From: Eledone cirrhosa
Lineage: Eukaryota
Direction: 5' to 3'
Length of the DNA stretch: 64,000 nt
Assembly (NCBI GenBank): GCA_964016885.1
Contig: OZ024746.1
Coordinates: forward strand, 44,950,001 to 45,014,000
How positions within the stretch are numbered: the first letter of the stretch is position 1; each line of letters opens with the position of its first letter. The position numbers and the translations under genes were made by a program. Shown in pieces: positions 56,421 to 64,000 of this stretch. Below the pieces are notes generated by a model. The model saw nothing but the letters and a program-made list of their open reading frames with translations. It did no database searches and was not told the origin of the DNA.

Positions 56421-56599
56421 CGAGGGAAAAGTGGTAAGGAACCAGGTGGACAGAATTAGCCATCGAAACGGCTTGAGCTCAGCCGTCGGGGTCTTACTTA
56501 CTCCTATATATATATATATGTATGTATATATATTTATTAAAATATATACATAGTTGTGCTAGTAACGTAGAATGATTTACTTGTTATGTTCCCAATACA

Positions 56600-56830
56600 A
56601 TATCATGCTTCAATTCCTAGTTGAAGTAAATATTCTTCTCTTACACGTTGAATATAACGCACCAAAATGTGCATAGTATTGCACTTAACATATCCTGAAA
56701 TATAGACCATTGTGTTTACAAAGGCGTATTTGTAGCTAATATATAGAGCATATGGGGGCATATTATATGACTCAGTTTCACTGCTCTGCTTCCTGCAGAT
56801 GATATATTGTACATTATTATAAGACATTAA
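56600..56830 (-). mobile_element. Ancient RTE RT remnant
   Basis: SYNMPPYALYISYKYAFVNT resembles RTE EYNxPLYxAFIDYxKAFDSV. Confidence 0.5.
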
Positions 56831-56900
56831 CAAATTTACATCAGGAAATATTGGTAACACGTTATTTATATATGTTATCAATCATTATTTACTCGGTTCT

Positions 56901-57091
56901 GGGCGGTGGATTGGCAGTATCAGTAGAGGGTCGGACGCCATGCTTTCTAGCATGGAGTTACGCCCCTTTCCATTCTGAGTTCAAATCCCGCCGAGGTTAA
57001 CTTTGCCTTTCATCCTTACGGGGTCGATAAAATAAAGTACCAGTAATGCACTGGGTAATTGCTGGCCTTGTGCCAAAAGTAGAAACAATTA
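56901..57091 (+). mobile_element. tRNA SINE, full length with TSD
   Basis: TSD TTTACTCGGTTCT on both sides. Confidence 0.92.
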
Positions 57092-60083
57092 TTTACTCGG
57101 TTCTGATAAAGGAAAATTATATAAAATTACCAATGAACATTTAGATAACATTATCTTAATCGAACACAATTATTTATAAAATATTATTATGTAACGCATA
57201 TACGCAAATCCGCAATGGGATTTTATTGACTTATCAAGCAAGTGCTACATTTGGAATCTAATTCAGTTTGCTTTCCTGTTTTAGATTTTCGGTAAAAAAA
57301 CATGAGGACAGTCTTTGTCCGAAATGTGAACAATAACTCGAATGTAACACACATTTGCACATAATTGATTAAGCAATTTGAAGAAAAAACTACCTTGCAC
57401 TCTATGCCAATTCACTCATCAGATTAAAGTATATATTTTATTTTTAATAAATCAATTCACAGCTGTATAAATAACATGACACATATTGATGGGATTATGA
57501 AGGAAAAAAAGGGAAAAAGGTATAAAAATAAAACCAAGCAGCGAACAGTAGGTAGGGGTGTAAATACGGGCAGATCTGGCTGTATAGGAAAGTAGGATAA
57601 ACGATTATAAATGCCATACATGAGAGAAAAAAGAGGGTAAAAGCAAGGGCTAAGAGACCTCAGAAGAAAGGGTAGAGGAAGGAGAGAGTGTGATAAGTTC
57701 TATGCCTAAGTTGGGCTGCGCTCCGCGGAAAATACTACAAAAGCATTTCCGTGGAGAATGGCCAGCAATACCCATAGAACAGCCACTCGATCTCGCGGGG
57801 TTTCCTCCTCAGACGGGCTGCTGACGATCCGATTTGGCTGAGGAGCTCGGCAGTACGGAGTCCGAGGACTCCTGAGGTCTTAACAGTGACCCGTGTGAAG
57901 CGGAGGCGGCCGGATAAGCCCTGCTATTTGCTTTTTTCCCTGTGATCTCTATTGTGAATTGCAGTACTAGGATATATCCTATATTCCTACAGACAAAACT
58001 TTTGTATGAACTGAATGACAGATCATAAAGCTGCTGTTTAAATCAGCATTTTAACTGAATAAAATAAAGTGTTGACGCATATATGTCAATAAATAGGTGG
58101 TCGATCACTCGTGTCAACTGTTATGTCCGTGTCTCTCTTTGTATTTCTCTTTCTGTCATTATTTCCTTCTTCTCTCTCTAGTATTCATGTGTTTATAGAC
58201 GTATGCAGAATAATATAAATTAAATTCCAATATTACTACAGTGTCTTTGAATTTCTGCAAACTGTTCTTCTATATATTAATTATGAAATCAAATTTGTTA
58301 CCATGGCATCGCGTATATAAAAACCAGAGACAAAGATGCATACATTATTCATCGGATTCTTAACTTCAAACCTGTGAGAAGCTATATTGAAGGTCCGGCT
58401 GGATATATTTACTGAGTAATTAAAATACAGCAGATGGAAACAAACTAATTATCTAAATCAATATGGCAGAAAATGAAGCCAATACAATATACGATGATAG
58501 GTCACGGGTGAGCATTTATTACAGAACCAATTGACACTAATTTTCTGCTTTAGTAGTTATAACCTACATGCTGCGTACGTCATCAGAGTTCGGGTCACAT
58601 GAGAACTTTGATATGCATTTTTTGGTTCACTGTCACTGAAAAATATGTGATAATTATCACAGAATTAGTTTAGCATCCCTCTACCCAATTAGGTTAGAAT
58701 CATGCTTGTTCATGTTTTAATTTACAAACATGATTCATGATTTACGTTAGAATCATACTTGATCATGCTAAGTAATCCCTTAGTAATTATTTGACAAATA
58801 TTCGACCTTAAACCTAATCATTCTGTACTGATTGAGTAGACGTATGGACACCCTACATTATTAGAGACTGCATTATTCAGCTTGGTCTTGGATACAGCTT
58901 TAATTCACTGGTGCGATACAAACCAAAGAATGTAGATTGGCGAATATATATGTTCAATACGTACCAGTTCCAACTACATTGAATAGCTACGTAATTTTAA
59001 TCCTTTATACTTTATCAAGATTGGAATTTTGTGGAACAGTCAGTTTGTAAAAGGTTTATTTATCTGTTAATCACCTGATTATCCTCGATGGAGGACAACT
59101 ATGATCAAGGTTATCTCAGCCGTGAACAACCAATCTTTTTGTTCATTTATACTGAAGGCTATTCAATACTACAGTATGCAATGGCTCATTTCATTTAATA
59201 ACACACATATTTGAAATAAGGGGATCTAGAATTCCATTATGTCGAATGACCACATGCACTCTTACTTCGTGGCTTGACTTAATAAAAGCAAATCTCTTTC
59301 TTGCATTACAGGCAGTGTAGCAGGCGTAAACGAACATTTTCACCATCAGTAGTCTTCTTAGCCTATGCCATACTGTGTTGCATATTGCATTCGACTCATA
59401 CTAAATAATCCATCATATCAGTCGCACAATTATTAAATCCTTTCTCTCCCCCATTTAAACTAAAAATAACAAAATCTATGCAAATCGAGATTAATTTGAA
59501 ATTCAAAAAATAACTGCCTTTCATTTCTACGCATGTGCAATATATCTTATTTCATAACCTCCTCCACATTCACCATCATCTTGTAGAATATGTTCCCATT
59601 CTATCACCCGCATTTTCTCGTTTCGATTCAATTGAAAAATGCGTGTGTAGCAAAATTCCTTAGAGGTGATTATTAAAAAGCGAATTTTCTCACGCTAACA
59701 AATAAAAAAAAAATCTTTTACACTCCTTGCTCTGTAGACATCTTAGTAATTGGTTCGTATCGTTCAGTGTATTATTAAGTAGTTAATCAAGTCAGTTATT
59801 ATATTAATCTTTATTATTATATTTTTTACTTCCCATTTGGCCAAATCTGATCACAATAATTATTTTTCTTTAATTTGACTCTAGGAAATGAAATAATTTA
59901 TTGTTAGTTATGACTTGATAAAATTATTTTTGTCAAATAAATAGGGATTTTAATTCTGTATTAATTTATATTTTTATTATTTTAATTCTTTCCTTTCTGA
60001 TTGCTAAGGCTTTCCCGCCTCTATAACTGAAATATTTTACACGAGAAATTTCCATAAACCCTGTGAAGATACTGAATATCTAA

Positions 60084-60307
<224 letters not shown>

Positions 60308-60549
60308 GCAGCGGCTATGTTACGACTACTGCTGCAGTTGTCATTGCTCCTGTTACATAAGACAATGTACAACTTGAGAAAAAACGTGTAAAATTAAAAT
60401 GCCAAAAGCAAACCAAGTGAAAATGCCAATAAAGAATAAAGTCCTCATCCACCTCGAGCCAAACAAAGATTTCCATAAGAAAGATACCGAACCTTATTTA
60501 TGATTAATCTCTTTCTATGATATCTTGCATCTATTATTTGTGCGTCCGA

Positions 60550-60753
60550 GGGCGGTGGATTGGCAGTATCGGTTGAGGATCGGACGCCATGCCTAGAGTT
60601 ACGGTCCTTTACGGTCTGAGTTCAAATCCCGCCGAGGTTAACTTTACCTTTCATCCTTACGAGGTCGATAAAATAAAGCACCAGTAACGTACTGGGGTCG
60701 ATTTAATCGACTTTCCCCTCCCCCAAATTGCTGGATAATATAAGAAACCATTA
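60550..60753 (+). mobile_element. tRNA SINE, long-variant subfamily with TSD
   Basis: TSD ATTATTTGTGCGTC. Has the extra GGGGTCGATTTAATCGAC segment, as in the 4812 copy. Confidence 0.9.
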
Positions 60754-62415
60754 TTTGTGCGTCATCTTCATTAAATTTGGATTGACATCACATTTGTCTG
60801 GTACAACTTTAGTCAATTCCAGCAATACGGAATTCTTCAAACTTTACTTTTCTAATGTTTGTACATAACAAATTCAAAGTAATCATTCCGTTTTTAAAAT
60901 TGTGCTGAATGATACCATTTGTTTCTCATTTCTTTGTGTAGGGATAGTGAATTTGTCAGATGGTAATTTGACTTGTGCTCCGTTAGTTTGTTTACACGTG
61001 ATGTCTGATCACTGGTCAGCATGATTTGTAATATATTATTTATGTGTAGTAAAGGCAATAACATTTCACTTATAAATTAATGTATTACGATGGTGTCCTT
61101 CAACAACTTTGTCAGTTTGGGCGGATTTAATTCATTGTTATGTAATCACTGTTAATGGATATTTTATGAACAGTCGAGAATTGTTCTCTTCTGCCAAACT
61201 TCCATCGGCGTTTTCTCTGATTTGATTTGCGCTTCATTAATTTGTTTACACATGATAGCTGAACAACGATCAATATGAACATTTGAAATACATTACTTAT
61301 ATGTATTAAAAAGCAATAAAATTTCACTTATAAATGAATGTATTACATTAATTTGTTATTTAATCGATGGTAATGGATATGTTTTTTGGGTTAAAATTCT
61401 AGAAACTTCCTCCGGTTCCTCCGTTGTATATCCTTTTCTTTGTGATGATGACTTTGTTGTGGCTGTTGTTATTATTGTTGTTGTTGTTCGTCGGCATAGT
61501 CTTCTTCTTCACCCCCCCTCCTCATCCTCCTACTGCTACTACTGCTGCTGCTGCTGCTACTACTACTACTGCTGCTGCTGCTTTTGTTGTTGTTGTTAAT
61601 TTGTGTTGCCCTAACTAGATTACACAAACCGTACACGTTGTCAGTCCGTAAGTTCATATTAGTTCTTTTTTTATTTTTTCCAATGGGATTTTGAAATTAA
61701 GATAATGTGTATTCAACACCTTGTACAAAACATGATGAAGTTTGGAGTGACAAAATCCTGCTTACAAAAAATATAATTTACGAACGAGATGCATCCCTAC
61801 TTAGAATCACACATCACTCTTTTATACACGAAGGAGACGTATAATTCCTGGATAGGATAATGTAACTCGGAATAGGTTATACTTCAGATAAGGAGGTGAT
61901 GATAATAAATTGAATGTCTCTGATCAATTTTGGTACACAGTGAAGGTAGGATTTAGTTTAAAACACCAAACCAATGATAGAAATTACAAGAATAAAGTGA
62001 GCAGAGAAAGAAATAGTATATTTGAATGAAATATTACGTAAGGAAAATATCAATATAGAACAAAAAACAAATAACAAATATGAAACCAACAAAAAATAAT
62101 ATATCGAATAATATAAACTATATGCTCTGTGAACAGAAACCATCTATATGGATTTTGAGCAAGTATAACGAACAAAAACATGGAGAATACAACAAAACAA
62201 AACCTGAGAATACCTCCAACGTCGAAATAAAATTAAATCAAAAACACACAGGCATAATGGAAAGTTCAAAGAACTGAATGTTCTAAATCTGAAAATTCCG
62301 ACACATTAAAGTGAAAAATTATTAAATCCGATAGACATGTTTTCTATGACACAACAAAATTCTCACCTAAAGATAAAACTTGATAAAGGAAAAACAATAA
62401 AAGTTCTCAAATATA

Positions 62416-62990
62416 TCTTCTTCTTCTTCTTCTTCTTCTTCTTCTTCTTCTTCTTCTTCTTCTTCTTCTTCTTCTTCTCTTTCTTGTCCAATTATTCCTA
62501 GGAGAGTCATGGAGGGGGAGTCCTCAAGAACACCTTCTAGCGGGTCTTGTTACAAGCAACCGTCTCCAATTGATCCGAGTTCATTGATGTTATCCAAACG
62601 ACTTGTTTGGCGTCTCCCCATGGGTCTCCCCTCGGTCGGCTTTGCCTGTAAAATCTGTCCAGCAATTCTTTCCTGAGACATTCTAACCACATATCCATAA
62701 TATCGGAGACAGTGTCTCTCAATTCAGAGAAGTAGTGATTCAATCTGGTAAAACTCTCTGATCTCCTATGAGCTATGTCCTCTATCTATTTTTTCGGTTA
62801 TTATCCAAGAGTAGGTACGAATACCGAATTGAAGATAGTGATAGTGAGTTTGGATTTTACACCTACATCCTTTCGTCTGATGAGCGAATGATGAAGCTGG
62901 TGCATTACTGCACCATCTCCTGCAATTATTGCACTTAATTCAACCCCTTGCCTTCCATTACTCTTGAACACGTTTCCGAGATACATGAAC
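62416..62990 (-). mobile_element. RTE LINE 3' fragment with an (AAG)n tail
   Basis: YLGNVF...KSKLT..IFNSVFVPTL and RPRG motifs on -. The (TTC)n array at 62416-62478 is at its 3' end. Confidence 0.75.
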
Positions 62991-63094
62991 CAAAAATAAC
63001 TTTATTTGATATTATAATTGATTCATGATTTTCAAATTAATGACCCTCCTTTATTGGTCAAATGTTTTATATGTACCAAAATATATTGCTACTT

Positions 63095-63120
63095 TGGGCA
63101 TTGCCGGGTACTTCTGCTAG
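63095..63120 (+). mobile_element. Helitron 3' terminus
   Basis: TGGGCATTGCCGGGTACTTCTGCTAG|T. Confidence 0.6.
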
Positions 63121-64000
63121 TGTTTAACTCAAGAAATTGAAACACAAAAGTGAAAGAAGGATTGAAAAAAGAGACCGTAGACAAATAAGATTAATATTTA
63201 AATTGAAATATTCCATTGTGTATATTGGTTATAAATATTATATTTTAGTGTTATGCGTCTGTTATGATGCACTCACCTGGAACTTAAATGAAGTATCAAG
63301 TCTAACAACAGTTAAAATTAAACAAGAATAAAGAACAAAATGTGAATAATAAAACACCAACAATGACACAATAATTACATATTTTATTACCATGAGGAAG
63401 GAGACATAGTGGTGTTCTTCGAAAGGTAAGTGAGAGAACGACTATGCAGTAGATATGGATAAATAAAGAGTGGAATTATATGAGTTCATAGGCTTGAAGT
63501 GTACAGTGCTTCCAGTAAAGATATGATGATGTGGGTTTGAAGATATATCTGAAGTGTTTTACCTGGCTTGTATTGAATTACTAGCAGAGCTGTCATTCAG
63601 AAACTGAAGTGGAAAGCAGTGAAATCATCATCAAGGTTATCGCACAGTATGTAAGAAGACCATAGCTAAAATTATTCGAACAATTTACTTGTTATATGAT
63701 TGGCCCACTTATAGTGACATTTAGTTTCATAGAAAAAAGCCTAATGAAAAATTACCAAAAACAAAGCGGATCGGTAATATTGGATGGACCATCACTATTG
63801 GAAAGAGCCAATGTCGTAATTCTATCCAGTCCAATGTTGATGCAGCGTATAAGCTACCATGCAAGCTCTATGTAAATTATACAAAATAACTAATCCAAGG
63901 AAAAGAACACAAATACATACAGATATGTTGTTCAGTGAGAGACATAAACACAGGACAGAGATTGAAGTATTAAATTACGGAAGGAATAAATAGTAATAGT

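Noticed and set aside
57790-57900. CTGACGA and CTGAGGA in a GC-rich patch as a possible HHR
   Set aside because: No correctly placed GAAA/NUH half. The patch looks more like an RTE 5' UTR remnant (GGTTTCCTCCTCAGACGGGCTGC).

Overview
AT-rich, repeat-saturated animal DNA, most likely intronic or intergenic sequence from an octopod cephalopod (inferred from the Nin/Deu-domain tRNA SINEs, the very dense (TA)n arrays and the TE mix). I found no intact host gene; only one plausible isolated exon (11002-11090). Almost all ORF-track entries are microsatellite artefacts or TE debris. Recognisable content: two R4/Dong-like LINE copies, several RTE and CR1/L2 remnants, a bipartite non-autonomous RTE derivative, about 12 copies of one tRNA SINE (several with TSDs), Helitron and hAT/pogo pieces, and many Penelope-like (PLE) fragments. 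The strongest signal is a set of 11 hammerhead-ribozyme (HHR) loci, read by eye, from apparently unrelated short families. Nearly all sit in or beside (TA)n arrays. Many are fold-back palindromes whose inversion point falls in or next to the ribozyme. Several share a downstream TNGAGYVC-like octamer and carry non-canonical cores or a U-U pair at 10.1-11.1. A separate old fold-back element carries two convergent tRNA-like Pol III promoter motifs. All structures and translations were done by hand and need computational confirmation.
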